In this document: positions 1-8,595 of the stretch, piece by piece
Numbering within the stretch: position 1 is the first letter of the stretch
Layout of the letters: each line of letters begins with the position of its first letter
From: Deinococcales bacterium
GTDB taxonomy: Bacteria; Deinococcota; Deinococci; Deinococcales; JAAFIG01
Direction of reading: 5' to 3'
Length of the DNA: 64,000 bases
NCBI GenBank assembly: GCA_043778225.1
Contig: JAYWGM010000061.1
Location: forward strand, 2,010-66,009
Notes under the pieces: generated by a model
Told to the model about the DNA's origin: nothing
The model's database searches: none
Seen by the model: the letters and a program-made list of their open reading frames with translations, nothing else
Program-made: the position numbers and the translations under genes

Positions 1-772
1 GTGCTGGTATCAGGTCATAGCGCATGGTTTGTGGCGTGGCATCAAACCAAACCTCGATCCGCCAAGTGGCTGGAATGTTTTGCAGGCGCGTGGTGGCAAA
101 TTCACGGACATTAAAGTCGGCTGGTGGCTGGAAAAGCACTTGGCTGACTTGAACAACTCCAATGCGGTCAACCCGAAATAAACGAATATCTTGGCGCGTC
201 AGGCAGTACGCCACCAAAAACCATGTGCCACCGTCTCGCACCAAACCCAAGGGTTGGACGGTGCGTTGACTCGAGAGTCGGCGCTGATTTTGGTACTGCA
301 TTTCGAGTTGGCGTTGTTCTTGAATAGCCCGACTGATTTCTGCCACTAAACCCGCCTCGACTGGTGCAATCCACGGGGTTTTCTCGAGTTGCAAAGCCGT
401 GCTTAACGCCTGCATTCGCGCCCAAATGGTGGTTGGCAGCACCCGCTCGAGTTTGGCTTCTACGCCGACTACCGCAGGAGCAAGCGCACTTAAACCAATG
501 TGCTGCAAGGCATTTAAGCCCAGTGCAATGGCAAAGGCTTCTTCGTTAGAAAACATAATTGGTGGCATTCGGTAACTGGGTTTAAGGCGGTAACTTGCGC
601 CGCGTCCTTTACTTGAACTAACCGGCACACCCAAATCCTGAAGCCGAGCAATATAACGCTGCACAGTGCGACTGCTGACCTCGAGCAAGTTAGCCAGTTC
701 ACCAGCCGAGACACGTTCTTTGGCTTGGAGAATCTCGAGAATGGTTAAAACACGCATTGAAGGGTCGTACAT
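1..772 (-). CDS. YafY-type HTH + WYL-domain transcriptional regulator, partial (C-terminus lies beyond window start)
   Basis: Absent from ORF track (no stop in window). Manual minus-strand translation from ATG (complement of 770-772): MYDPSMRVLTILEILQAKERVSAGELANLLEVSSRTVQRYIARLQDLGVPVSSSKGRGASYRL..., later ..VRDGGTWFLVAYCLTRQDIRLFRVDRI (WYL-like core). Divergent to MFS gene. Confidence 0.8.
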   Translation of the reverse strand, partial: MYDPSMRVLTILEILQAKERVSAGELANLLEVSSRTVQRYIARLQDLGVPVSSSKGRGASYRLKPSYRMPPIMFSNEEAFAIALGLNALQHIGLSALAPAVVGVEAKLERVLPTTIWARMQALSTALQLEKTPWIAPVEAGLVAEISRAIQEQRQLEMQYQNQRRLSSQRTVQPLGLVRDGGTWFLVAYCLTRQDIRLFRVDRIGVVQVSQVLFQPPADFNVREFATTRLQNIPATWRIEVWFDATPQTMRYDLIPA

Positions 773-821
773 AACCGCCATTATAAGACGACAAGACCTG
801 ACGGGTTATGAGTTTAGGCTG

Positions 822-850
822 TTTTTGTGAACGCCAAAGATTCACAAAAA
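822..850. promoter_or_regulatory. Perfect inverted repeat TTTTTGTGAA-N9-TTCACAAAAA abutting the MFS RBS; candidate operator or leader hairpin
   Basis: 10-bp arms read directly (822-831, 841-850), GGAG RBS starts at 851. Lies in the divergent WYL-regulator/MFS intergenic region. Confidence 0.5.
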
Positions 851-858
851 GGAGCAAC

Positions 859-2118
859 ATGAACAAGAATACTCGAGGATTCGGACTGATTTTAAGCACC
901 TTACTGATAGACGTAGCCGCAATGGGAATGTTAATTCCAGTGCTGCCAGAATTGCTACGTACTTATTTTGACGGCGATTATGGGCGGGCTGCTCAGTTTG
1001 TTGGTCTTTTTGCAGCCCTATCCGCCGGACTGAGTTTTATCTTTGCACCAGTCATGGGCGCACTGAGTGACCGCTTTGGGCGCAAGCCAGTGCTGCTGCT
1101 TGGATTGATTGGACCAGCCGTCAGTTATTTTGGCTTGGCAATGGCGGATAACTTGGCTTGGTACGTTGTTGGCTTGTGTGTCAGTGGAATCCTAGGCGCG
1201 ATTCTAAGCACGATCAATGCCTACATTGCCGACATCACCCCACCCGAGTCTCGAGCCGAGCGTTTTGGTATGGTCGGCGCAGCTTTTGGCTTGGGCTTTA
1301 TTGTTGGACCACTCGCAGGTGGCTTGTTGGGCGGGCTTGGTTTACAAGTGCCATTTTATGTGGCAGGTGGAATCACATTGCTGAACATGGTGCTGTGTGC
1401 TTTATTGTTACCAGAAAGCCTTGCACCCGATAAGCGCCGTGCTTTTGCATGGGCAAATGCCAACCCACTTGGCTCATTGCGTTTACTCAGCCGCTCAAAG
1501 CTGCTGCTTGCCTTGGCAGCCTGTTTATTTCTTTCGAGCCTAGCATTGCAAGGTATGTACAGCACCTTTGTGCTTTCGATGACTCTGCGATTTGATTGGA
1601 ATACCGTTGCTGTGGGCATTGTATTTACCGTGATAGGCGTTTGCACTGCGCTTTCACAAACCCTGCTGGTTGGTCCAGTTATCAAGCGTTTAGGCGAACG
1701 GCGCAGTATTTTGGTAGGTTTAAGCGTTAGTGCCTTAGCCTTTTTGGCATATGCCCTGATTCCCCAAGGCTGGATGGTCTATTTGGTGATTGTTCTTGCC
1801 AGTCTTGGCGCAGTGGATGAACCCGCCGCACAAGCCCTACTGACCTCGAGTGTCAAGGAAGATGAGCAAGGTGCAATACAAGGAGCGCTGACCAGTTTAC
1901 TGAGCTTAACCGCCGTAGCTGGACCTTTAATTGCCACCAATGTTTTTGCTTATTTTGTAGCCCCCAATGCCCCAATCTACTTCCCTGGTGCGCCGCTTGC
2001 TTCTGGTGCGGTGTTGATTGCACTGGCACTGCTGATTGCATGGCGCTTTGTGCGTCCGATTCGAGCCAGCGCTGATGGTGCGATTCAAAATGTGGCATTC
2101 CAAGGCGCAAGTGATTAA
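859..2118 (+). CDS. MFS drug:H+ antiporter-like efflux transporter (TetA/Bcr-like class)
   Basis: ORF 808..2118 trimmed to ATG 859 (AAGGAG upstream). Multi-TM hydrophobic profile. MFS motif A GALSDRFGRKPVLL. Confidence 0.85.
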   Translation: MNKNTRGFGLILSTLLIDVAAMGMLIPVLPELLRTYFDGDYGRAAQFVGLFAALSAGLSFIFAPVMGALSDRFGRKPVLLLGLIGPAVSYFGLAMADNLAWYVVGLCVSGILGAILSTINAYIADITPPESRAERFGMVGAAFGLGFIVGPLAGGLLGGLGLQVPFYVAGGITLLNMVLCALLLPESLAPDKRRAFAWANANPLGSLRLLSRSKLLLALAACLFLSSLALQGMYSTFVLSMTLRFDWNTVAVGIVFTVIGVCTALSQTLLVGPVIKRLGERRSILVGLSVSALAFLAYALIPQGWMVYLVIVLASLGAVDEPAAQALLTSSVKEDEQGAIQGALTSLLSLTAVAGPLIATNVFAYFVAPNAPIYFPGAPLASGAVLIALALLIAWRFVRPIRASADGAIQNVAFQGASD

Positions 2119-2135
2119 ACATGAACTCGAGATGG

Positions 2136-2741
2136 TTAGAACACTTTTGCCAGTCTCGAGGGATGTAAATTCTTGCCCAGACTGTAAAATTCACAAAAAC
2201 TCATGAGTAAAGGCTTCCATTTATCGGTGTCCACACCATGTCGTTTTTCAGTATTCAAAATGGAATCATCCATGTACACCCGAATAATACGAACTTCGAC
2301 AGCAGCAGCAAAATCGGTTTGAAAATCATGAATTTGCGATACTCGAGCCTCGAGTTGGATTGGGCATTCTAAGACCCGTGGTGGAGTAACCAGTTCCGCA
2401 GGAATTGGTGTTAAACCCGCTTGGATAAATTTATCTTCAATGATTTCAAATCCCATACTGGTTTTATAAGCTGGCATGATGCTCGAGCCTGTGGTGAGGG
2501 CAAGTTTATCCACATTTTCCACCAAATCCGCTGAAGGTAAATTAAGGACACATTCGCCTGTGCGGCGCAGATTCTCGAGGGTTTTTGAACTTCTGCCCAG
2601 CCCGAGCATACAAGACTGCCCCAGCCACCAAGCACTGGACATTGGAGCAAGATTGGCTGTGCCATCTTGGTTGATGGTGCTAATGAGAACAACGGGAGTA
2701 CCAAAGTACATGATTTTTGGTTCAACAATTTGCAGTGTCAT
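2136..2741 (-). CDS. Flavin reductase-like (FMN-binding split-barrel) protein
   Basis: 201 aa. N-terminal pattern GTPVVLISTINQDGTANLAPMSSAWW typical of the flavin reductase domain. ATG confirmed at 2741. Confidence 0.75.
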   Translation of the reverse strand: MTLQIVEPKIMYFGTPVVLISTINQDGTANLAPMSSAWWLGQSCMLGLGRSSKTLENLRRTGECVLNLPSADLVENVDKLALTTGSSIMPAYKTSMGFEIIEDKFIQAGLTPIPAELVTPPRVLECPIQLEARVSQIHDFQTDFAAAVEVRIIRVYMDDSILNTEKRHGVDTDKWKPLLMSFCEFYSLGKNLHPSRLAKVF

Positions 2742-2859
2742 GTAAAAAGTTTAGGGGTTTGTCTCGAGAATTACTCCCTGAATCTTGTTCAGTAATTACT
2801 TGCATTATTTTCTTGCTGTACCTCGAGAACTCGAGTCCAGCATGGTAATTAGAGTTATT

Positions 2860-3273
2860 TTACGATGGGTTTTGCTGCATAAATTCTTCAGAGTACGGAA
2901 TCACCTGAATTACATCGATCAAAATATCATTGGGGTCGGTGGTGATAAAATGCCGTTGTCCAAAGGCTTCGTTGCGTAACTCGAGCAGAATTGGCAAACC
3001 TGCTTCTTTGAAATTGTGGTAAATCGGGTCTACATCTTCAACTTCAAAGTTCATAATTAACCCACCCGAAATACTTTTTCGGTAGGCGGCTGGAATGGTT
3101 TCATGGTTTGCATCAAGCAGTGCCAGTTCAAAAGTTGGTTCGGTTTTGGTTTTCAGGCTGACATACCAGTCGGCTTCAAAGGTTGTTTCAAACGGGAAGT
3201 GTTTGAGGTAAAAATCCTTTGACGCTTCGATGTTTTGGGTGCAGATAACGGCATATAGGCTTTTGATGTTCAT
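2860..3273 (-). CDS. VOC / glyoxalase-bleomycin-resistance family protein
   Basis: ORF 2860..3387 trimmed to ATG 3273 ([22 protein letters not shown]..) with GGAGG upstream. About 137 aa, single VOC-like fold. Divergent to the TetR gene. Confidence 0.75.
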   Translation of the reverse strand: MNIKSLYAVICTQNIEASKDFYLKHFPFETTFEADWYVSLKTKTEPTFELALLDANHETIPAAYRKSISGGLIMNFEVEDVDPIYHNFKEAGLPILLELRNEAFGQRHFITTDPNDILIDVIQVIPYSEEFMQQNPS

Positions 3274-3283
3274 AAATCCTCCA

Positions 3284-3336
3284 ATTACATACAATCTGTA
3301 TGTAATAAAAATGTATAATACATACAGATTGTATGT
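3284..3336. promoter_or_regulatory. Two related palindromic operators (ACATACA-N3-TGTATGT core), probable TetR binding sites
   Basis: O1 ATTACATACAATCTGTATGTAAT at 3284-3306 (10-bp perfect arms). O2 ACATACAGATTGTATGT at 3320-3336. Both sit between the divergent VOC and TetR starts. Confidence 0.6.
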
Positions 3337-3349
3337 CAAGAGGTTGAAA

Positions 3350-3928
3350 ATGCCAAAAACCAAAAAAGAACGCTCCGAACAAACCATTAATGCGGTACTC
3401 GAGGTTGCCGAAAAACACTTCGCCGAATACGGTTACGCACAAGTTTCCACCGATGCACTGGTACAAGAAATCGGCTTAACTCGAGGTGCGCTGTACCATC
3501 ATTTTGGCAGTAAACAAGGTTTATTTGAAGCCGTGGTTGAGCGCATCCATCAAAAAGCTGCCACTGCAATTAGCCAAACTGCAACAGACGACTGGGAAGG
3601 CTTTGTCAGTGGTTGTCTGGCATGGCTCGAGGTGGCAACAGACCCAACCACCCAAAGAATTCTGTTGCTGGATGCACCCGCCGTGATTGGCTGGGGGCGG
3701 TGGCTTGAGCTAGACGCACAATATGGTTCTAAATTACTGCTCGAGGGCATAGAGCATTTAATAAGTACCAAAGTGATTGTGTTTCCATCTGCTCTTGCAC
3801 TGCTGCAATTATTGAACGGGGCAATGAACCAAACTGCTTTGTGGGTGGCTCAATCAAAAACCCCTAAACGAAGCAAAAAAGAGGCTCGAGAAGCACTGGT
3901 GTATCTGCTCAATCGGGTTCGTGGTTAG
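3350..3928 (+). CDS. TetR/AcrR family transcriptional regulator
   Basis: ORF 3230..3928 trimmed to ATG 3350. N-terminal [53 protein letters not shown] is the classic TetR_N signature. Confidence 0.9.
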   Translation: MPKTKKERSEQTINAVLEVAEKHFAEYGYAQVSTDALVQEIGLTRGALYHHFGSKQGLFEAVVERIHQKAATAISQTATDDWEGFVSGCLAWLEVATDPTTQRILLLDAPAVIGWGRWLELDAQYGSKLLLEGIEHLISTKVIVFPSALALLQLLNGAMNQTALWVAQSKTPKRSKKEAREALVYLLNRVRG

Positions 3929-4000
3929 ATTCTAACTCGAGTAGGCTGTAGGCTGGCTCGAGCAATCAAGCCGAATTTCCCGAGTAGACTGGAGAACCTT

Positions 4001-4471
4001 ATGAGTGAAGAATTTTTTTCGGCATTACGGCTTTCCACAGCACTTGGCAGCGCCATTGTTGCAGGGTTTTTTCTGGCATTCTCGAGTACGGTCATGGTCA
4101 CATTGGCGCAACTCGAGCCTCGAGCGGGAATTATTGCCATGCAAAGCATTAACCGTACCGTGCTGAACCCATTTTTTATGCTGAGTTTTTTTGGAACAGC
4201 CATTCTTGCAGTCATTTTAATTTGGCAAGCATCCTCGCGTTTGCCACAAGCCAACGCTATTTTTTGGATACTTGGTGCAGCCATTTATGTTCTGGGTTCG
4301 GTACTCGTTACGATACTATTTAATGTTCCACTCAATAACAGCTTGGAAGCTGTTCAAGCCACCGATGCCAACAGTTTCGAGATTTGGCAGAACTACCTTC
4401 GCAACTGGACATTTTGGAATCATGTTCGTACAGGTGCTTCGTTTGTGGCGGCTGTGCTGCTGCTGCCTTGA
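4001..4471 (+). CDS. DUF1772 (anthrone-oxygenase-like) membrane protein
   Basis: 156 aa, about 4 TM segments. C-terminal NVPLNN...W..Y...W..WNHVRT pattern as in DUF1772. Confidence 0.7.
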   Translation: MSEEFFSALRLSTALGSAIVAGFFLAFSSTVMVTLAQLEPRAGIIAMQSINRTVLNPFFMLSFFGTAILAVILIWQASSRLPQANAIFWILGAAIYVLGSVLVTILFNVPLNNSLEAVQATDANSFEIWQNYLRNWTFWNHVRTGASFVAAVLLLP

Positions 4472-4586
4472 TGGTTTAAGCCCTGAATAACCTCAAAATC
4501 GTTTTCTGAATGAATAAAACAGGTGGATTCCACCAGCTTGCAGGTCTAGGCGGAGGCTCAAGCCGTAGGCATTATTTTTACCAGTT

Positions 4587-4994
4587 CTAAACCAAAAATA
4601 ATTCAACACTGACCCGAAAATAAGCGGCTAGTCTTAGGGCTAGAGTTTTACTGACTTCTCGTTCACTACTCAGCACCCTCGAGAGTAACCCTTGGCTGAT
4701 ACTGAGCGCATTTGCCAAAGCAGTCTGGGTTAAGTTCTGCTCGAGCATCAATTCCTCAAGAACTTCGTTTGGTTGGGCGTTAATAGGGGCTTGCTGGTGG
4801 TTTTCCCAATCGCTGATGTACGAAAACAGCAAATCCACTAGACCACAAATTTTCGGGTCAGATAAGGTGTAACGTTCGGTCAAATCATCGGTAAGCTCGA
4901 GCAGTTGCTGGTACTCCGATTCGTTTTCTGGGCGTTTGATTTGGCTAGTCACAATAAACTGATTCCAAGCGCCAACCACCATTTGTGAACTCAT
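4587..4994 (-). CDS. XRE-type HTH protein, HigA-like antitoxin family (no adjacent toxin)
   Basis: ORF trimmed to ATG 4994 with AAGGAGG upstream. C-terminal HTH LTQTALANALSISQGLLSRVLSSEREVS. Confidence 0.65.
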   Translation of the reverse strand: MSSQMVVGAWNQFIVTSQIKRPENESEYQQLLELTDDLTERYTLSDPKICGLVDLLFSYISDWENHQQAPINAQPNEVLEELMLEQNLTQTALANALSISQGLLSRVLSSEREVSKTLALRLAAYFRVSVELFLV

Positions 4995-5061
4995 GTTGTT
5001 TTTCCTCCTTATGCCAAACGAACATAAATATGTCAATACGGCATAATTCTTTTTCCTGTGC

Positions 5062-5544
5062 TTATTGGGCTGTTCTCGAGTTCAGCAGTTCCTCGAGACG
5101 GTTCAGGGTTTGGTTCATGCCAAATTCCATGCCAGCTTGAATGTGTCCATCGCGGTGTTCTTGGCTCTTATAAAGCAAGTGGCTTTGCAATTGTGTTTTG
5201 CCGTTGTTCTCGGTAAAGGTGGTGGTGACAAGGTAATCCATATCAGGAAGTGGTTCGTACATTTCGCTGTAGACCAATGAAACTGGGCTTGTGATGTCTT
5301 TGTAGACCCCAGAGTGTCCGTGTTGTTTGCCATCTGGGGCTTGTAGCACATAGCGCCAAGCCCCTCCAACACGAAGATCGATTTCGCAAACTATCATGGT
5401 TGAACTGCGTAGCCCATACCAGTTCTTAACGTGTTCTGGAGTCGTCCAAACATTGAACACCAAGTCCCTCGGAGCGTTGAATTCTCGAGTCAGAATCGTT
5501 TCCAAACCAGACGGGAAAGTGAGCTTCAGGGCGTTGTTGTTCAT
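5062..5544 (-). CDS. SRPBCC / AHSA1-domain protein
   Basis: 160 aa. REFNAPRDLVFNVWTTPEHVKNWYG is typical of the Aha1/SRPBCC family. AAGGAG RBS. Confidence 0.8.
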   Translation of the reverse strand: MNNNALKLTFPSGLETILTREFNAPRDLVFNVWTTPEHVKNWYGLRSSTMIVCEIDLRVGGAWRYVLQAPDGKQHGHSGVYKDITSPVSLVYSEMYEPLPDMDYLVTTTFTENNGKTQLQSHLLYKSQEHRDGHIQAGMEFGMNQTLNRLEELLNSRTAQ

Positions 5545-5583
5545 GGATACTCCTTACTAAAACTAAACTCGAGATTGGTTGGA

Positions 5584-6480
5584 TTATTTACTGGCTGCAT
5601 CAAGGAACGGTATCACGGTAGCACTCAAGGCTGAGGACATAAAAATCTGATAATGACTCGTAGCTGGCAGAATAGCCAATTGAGCCTTTGACATTCCCGA
5701 ACCATCCCAACCAGCGTCTTTTTGACCGCCGCCAAGCAATTCAAAGAATTGTGCGGTGTGGGCAGTGCTAATCGAATCTGCATCTCCTGCAACAATCATG
5801 GTTGGTAATTTTAGTTTAGCCACTTCATCTGCCCAGTTGTAATCTTGTACCAGCAATTCACGTATTTTGTTGTGCAGCGTCACCCAGTTCTCTGGCTTTG
5901 GGGCAACACCAACGTACAATTGGTGCGGAGGACTGCCTTTCATTCCTTCAGCAGAGGCTGCGCCCATTTGGGCGTGTTGCGCTCGTAAATCGGCAAACCA
6001 GCCATCACGCTTAAAAGGTGTAGAAACCAGCACAAGTTTACGCACCAGACTTGGGTGCTGAATCGCGGTTCGCAATGCCACACCACCACCGAGCGAGTAG
6101 CCCATGACATCGGCATTGGATAAACCCAAGTGGCGTATGAGACCCGCAATATCATCTGCCATACGCTCATAAGAAAGTGGGCGGTTAATGTCGGCAGTTC
6201 GTCCATGGGCTTGTAAATCTACGGCGATCACTTGTCGTCCTTTGGCGAGTTGAGGCAACACTTCGCCAAACATTTCTATTGCCCCAAGTCCGCCGTGCAA
6301 CAGAATAACGGGTTGTCCTATGCCATGAATTTGATAGTAGAGGTTCAGTCCATTGACGGGTGCATAACCACTTTTGGTTGCGCTAGAATTGCCAGATTGA
6401 GCTTGCAGATTTGTTGCTAGTAAGGTCGTACCGAGAATGGCGGTGGCTGCGAAAATGTTCTTGATGCTTGGTGTTTGCAT
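5584..6480 (-). CDS. Secreted alpha/beta hydrolase
   Basis: 298 aa. Signal peptide (AILGTTLLATNLQAQS), oxyanion HGG (ILLHGGLG), nucleophile elbow GYSLGG. AAGGAG RBS. Confidence 0.85.
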   Translation of the reverse strand: MQTPSIKNIFAATAILGTTLLATNLQAQSGNSSATKSGYAPVNGLNLYYQIHGIGQPVILLHGGLGAIEMFGEVLPQLAKGRQVIAVDLQAHGRTADINRPLSYERMADDIAGLIRHLGLSNADVMGYSLGGGVALRTAIQHPSLVRKLVLVSTPFKRDGWFADLRAQHAQMGAASAEGMKGSPPHQLYVGVAPKPENWVTLHNKIRELLVQDYNWADEVAKLKLPTMIVAGDADSISTAHTAQFFELLGGGQKDAGWDGSGMSKAQLAILPATSHYQIFMSSALSATVIPFLDAASK

Positions 6481-6621
6481 GATAAAGCTCCTTTTTTGGC
6501 AAGCGATTACCTGCGGTCATGATTTTCATGTCCGAGCAGGATTCAAAGTGACTTGGTTTTATTGCTTCAGCTAATGTACGGTTATCTGTTCAAAGCAAAC
6601 CTCCGTTCTTGGTGAATAATT

Positions 6622-6727
6622 GCTGCAATGTTTAACCAGTAAAGGTTACGTCTCGAGATTGAGCGCAGTCTTAACTTATACTGCGGTTCAAGCTGCAATG
6701 TTTAACCAGTAAAGGTTACGTCTCGAG
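6622..6727. repeat. Perfect 36-bp direct repeat x2 (GCTGCAATGTTTAACCAGTAAAGGTTACGTCTCGAG) separated by a 34-bp spacer
   Basis: Copies at 6622-6657 and 6692-6727, read directly. Each contains a TAACC-N6-GGTTA stem-loop. Lies between the arsR stop and the hydrolase start. Confidence 0.9.
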
Positions 6728-6745
6728 TAACCTTGAGGTAATCAA

Positions 6746-7081
6746 TCAAATACTTTTTTGCAGGGTTTTTAAGTATTCGTCTAAGCGGTCAAAGCTCTCT
6801 GTCCAGTGTTGTTCAAATGGTTTTACCCAATCAAAAATGGGTTTTAGAGCTTCGGCGTTGAGGCTGTAAAGTCGTTGTTGTCCTACACTTTGGAGTGTCA
6901 CCAGTCCAACTTCTTTTAGCACTTGTAAATGTTTTGAAACTTGGGGTTGGCGAATTCCGAGGCGCTGGGCGATTTCATTGACAGAGTAATGCTGGCGGGT
7001 AGAAAGTAGCTCGAGGATGTTGCGTCGTTGCGTTTCAGCAATGGCATTAAAAGCATCGGCGGTGGTGGGTAAGCGTGCCAT
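6746..7081 (-). CDS. ArsR/SmtB family transcriptional regulator
   Basis: 111 aa. wHTH ETQRRNILELL..VNEIAQRLGIRQPQVSKHLQVLKEVGLV. Confidence 0.9.
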   Translation of the reverse strand: MARLPTTADAFNAIAETQRRNILELLSTRQHYSVNEIAQRLGIRQPQVSKHLQVLKEVGLVTLQSVGQQRLYSLNAEALKPIFDWVKPFEQHWTESFDRLDEYLKTLQKSI

Positions 7082-7137
7082 TTCTAAAAACAGTATATTC
7101 TTATATAAGAATATATGTCAAGTGCCAGTCAGTAAAA

Positions 7138-7569
7138 TCACAGAACCTCGAGAACTCGAGCCAGTGCCGCATTGATTGCCTCGAGTTCGGTTTTACCAAG
7201 TTTTTTGCCCAGCGTATTTGCCCATGCTGCTTGTGCAGTTTCGATTTGCTCGAGGGCAAGTAATCCTTTTTTGGTGAGGCACAGTAACTGAGCGCGTTTA
7301 TGTTCTGGGTTTTCTTCGTATTTGGCTAGTCCCTCGAGTACCAGAATATCGGCGGTGCGTTGCACACTTTGCCGTGCCAAACCCATGATTCGGGCAATTG
7401 TGGCTACGCTTAACGCCTGATTGTCTATGCAGCCCATGACTTGCCAACGGGCGCTGCTCTGCCCGACTGGTTTGGTTAAAGCGTTTCCAGCCTCGAGCAG
7501 TGCGCCGTTGAGCTTAAAGATGTTGAGGACAAGTTCGGTGAAGGCTGTACCTACTTTGGTGTGTGCCAT
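7138..7569 (-). CDS. MarR family transcriptional regulator
   Basis: The track ORF starts at TTG 7590. ATG 7569 (MAHTKVGTAFTELVLNIFKLNG..) is more likely. Has a MarR wHTH region (LSVATIARIMGLARQSVQRTADILVLEGL). Confidence 0.8.
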   Translation of the reverse strand: MAHTKVGTAFTELVLNIFKLNGALLEAGNALTKPVGQSSARWQVMGCIDNQALSVATIARIMGLARQSVQRTADILVLEGLAKYEENPEHKRAQLLCLTKKGLLALEQIETAQAAWANTLGKKLGKTELEAINAALARVLEVL

Positions 7570-7571
7570 AC

Positions 7572-7628
7572 TTGACAGTCTACTGTCCAATGTGGCAAAC
7601 TATCAACCTTTGACAGAAGCCTGTCAAA
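7572..7628. promoter_or_regulatory. Two TTGACAG-N4-CTGTCAA-type palindromes, probable MarR operators
   Basis: TTGACAGTCTACTGTCCA at 7572-7589 (one mismatch) and perfect TTTGACAGAAGCCTGTCAAA at 7609-7628. Both lie in the divergent MarR/VOC intergenic region. Confidence 0.55.
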
Positions 7629-7643
7629 ATCTTGGAGGTCAAC

Positions 7644-8345
7644 ATGGCAAACGAAAAAGTCGTCCCACTGTATCCAGCAGCAGATCTTAAAGTCACCCTC
7701 GAGTTTTACACCATGCTGGGTTTTACAGTTCTGTACGAACAACACGCACCTTATGCGTATGGTAGTGTGTCACTCGAGAATATTCAAATCGATTTTTTCG
7801 TCAATAAAGCCTTGGTAGCCAATCAAGAAACGGGGCATATGTGCTTGGTTGTTCTGACCAACATAGATGAGCTTCACGCGGCATTCTCGAGCCAGATTAA
7901 AAAAACTTTCGGTAAGCAAATACGCAGCGGTTTTCCGCGAGTGAGTGGCTTAAATGATGCGCGAAAAAATGACCGTCGGTTTAATTTACTTGACCCTTCT
8001 GGGAATCGCCTGACTTTTATTCAAGTCGGCGAAAGGCTTCCCAAAGCCGTAAAAAGTAACACGCCATTGGTCAAAGCCATGATGGGCGCAAAAGTATTCG
8101 CGTACTCTAAAGATGACCCTCAACTGGCTGCCCAGCACTTAGACAAAGCCCTTGGTAAAGCAAATTCCGAGTCGGCGGTCATTCAATTTCAGGCGTTTGT
8201 GCTTCGGGCAGATATTGCGGCTGCGCTGGATGACACGGCAACCCTCGAGAAGTACGTGAAGGCTGCTAAAAACTTGGTTCTCGAGGAACATCAAAAACTC
8301 GAGGTGCAAGAGGAATTGGGGCGTTTACTTGAACTCGAGATGTGA
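7644..8345 (+). CDS. VOC/glyoxalase-like N-terminal domain protein with a helical C-terminal extension
   Basis: The track ORF starts at TTG 7632. ATG 7644 follows GGAGG. N-terminus PLYPAADLKVTLEFYTMLGF is bleomycin-resistance/glyoxalase-like. The C-terminal ~100 aa are unassigned. Confidence 0.65.
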   Translation: MANEKVVPLYPAADLKVTLEFYTMLGFTVLYEQHAPYAYGSVSLENIQIDFFVNKALVANQETGHMCLVVLTNIDELHAAFSSQIKKTFGKQIRSGFPRVSGLNDARKNDRRFNLLDPSGNRLTFIQVGERLPKAVKSNTPLVKAMMGAKVFAYSKDDPQLAAQHLDKALGKANSESAVIQFQAFVLRADIAAALDDTATLEKYVKAAKNLVLEEHQKLEVQEELGRLLELEM

Positions 8346-8469
8346 TTTTGCAGTTTGGGTTTTCAGAAAATAGAATTGCACTCGAAACCCAGTTTTTCTA
8401 TTTTGTAAACTTTGCTATCACAGATTGTTAATTTCACATCACACAGAATATAAACATCTGTATTTTTAC

Positions 8470-8498
8470 TTGACATAATAAACAATTGCTTTTAAGAT
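8470..8498 (+). promoter_or_regulatory. Sigma70-like promoter for the UvrA-like gene (TTGACA-17-TAAGAT)
   Basis: TTGACA at 8470-8475, exact 17-nt spacer, TAAGAT at 8493-8498. The ~95-nt leader contains the hairpin ACCGCAG-N10-CTGCGGT. Confidence 0.5.
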
Positions 8499-8595
8499 GG
8501 TGGGCAGAAGTAGGCATTGGAGGCAAATACCTTTTTCAAACCGCAGGTTTTAATGGCTGCGGTGTACTCGGCTTGACGATTTTTTTAGGAGGCTC

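Noticed and set aside
5569-6651. CTCGAG-free stretches as markers of recent horizontal transfer. These are 5569-6651 covering the alpha/beta hydrolase, 29536-30304 covering a lipoprotein gene, and 39773-40594.
   Set aside because: With ~405 sites at ~6.3 per kb, a Poisson scatter predicts about 3 gaps of 770 bp or more and about 0.4 gaps of 1.08 kb or more. The observed gaps are not clearly significant on their own. Only the 27.2-28.7 kb cassette has supporting compositional evidence.
6622-6727. Mini CRISPR array (36-bp repeat, 34-bp spacer)
   Set aside because: Only two repeat copies, no cas genes or leader-like AT-rich region in 64 kb, and the repeat lacks typical CRISPR repeat termini. 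Kept as a generic direct repeat.
8356-8404. Terminator after the VOC-like gene (TGGGTTT...AAACCCA followed by a T-rich run)
   Set aside because: A 7-bp stem with a 22-nt loop is atypical for an intrinsic terminator, so it was not listed as a feature.
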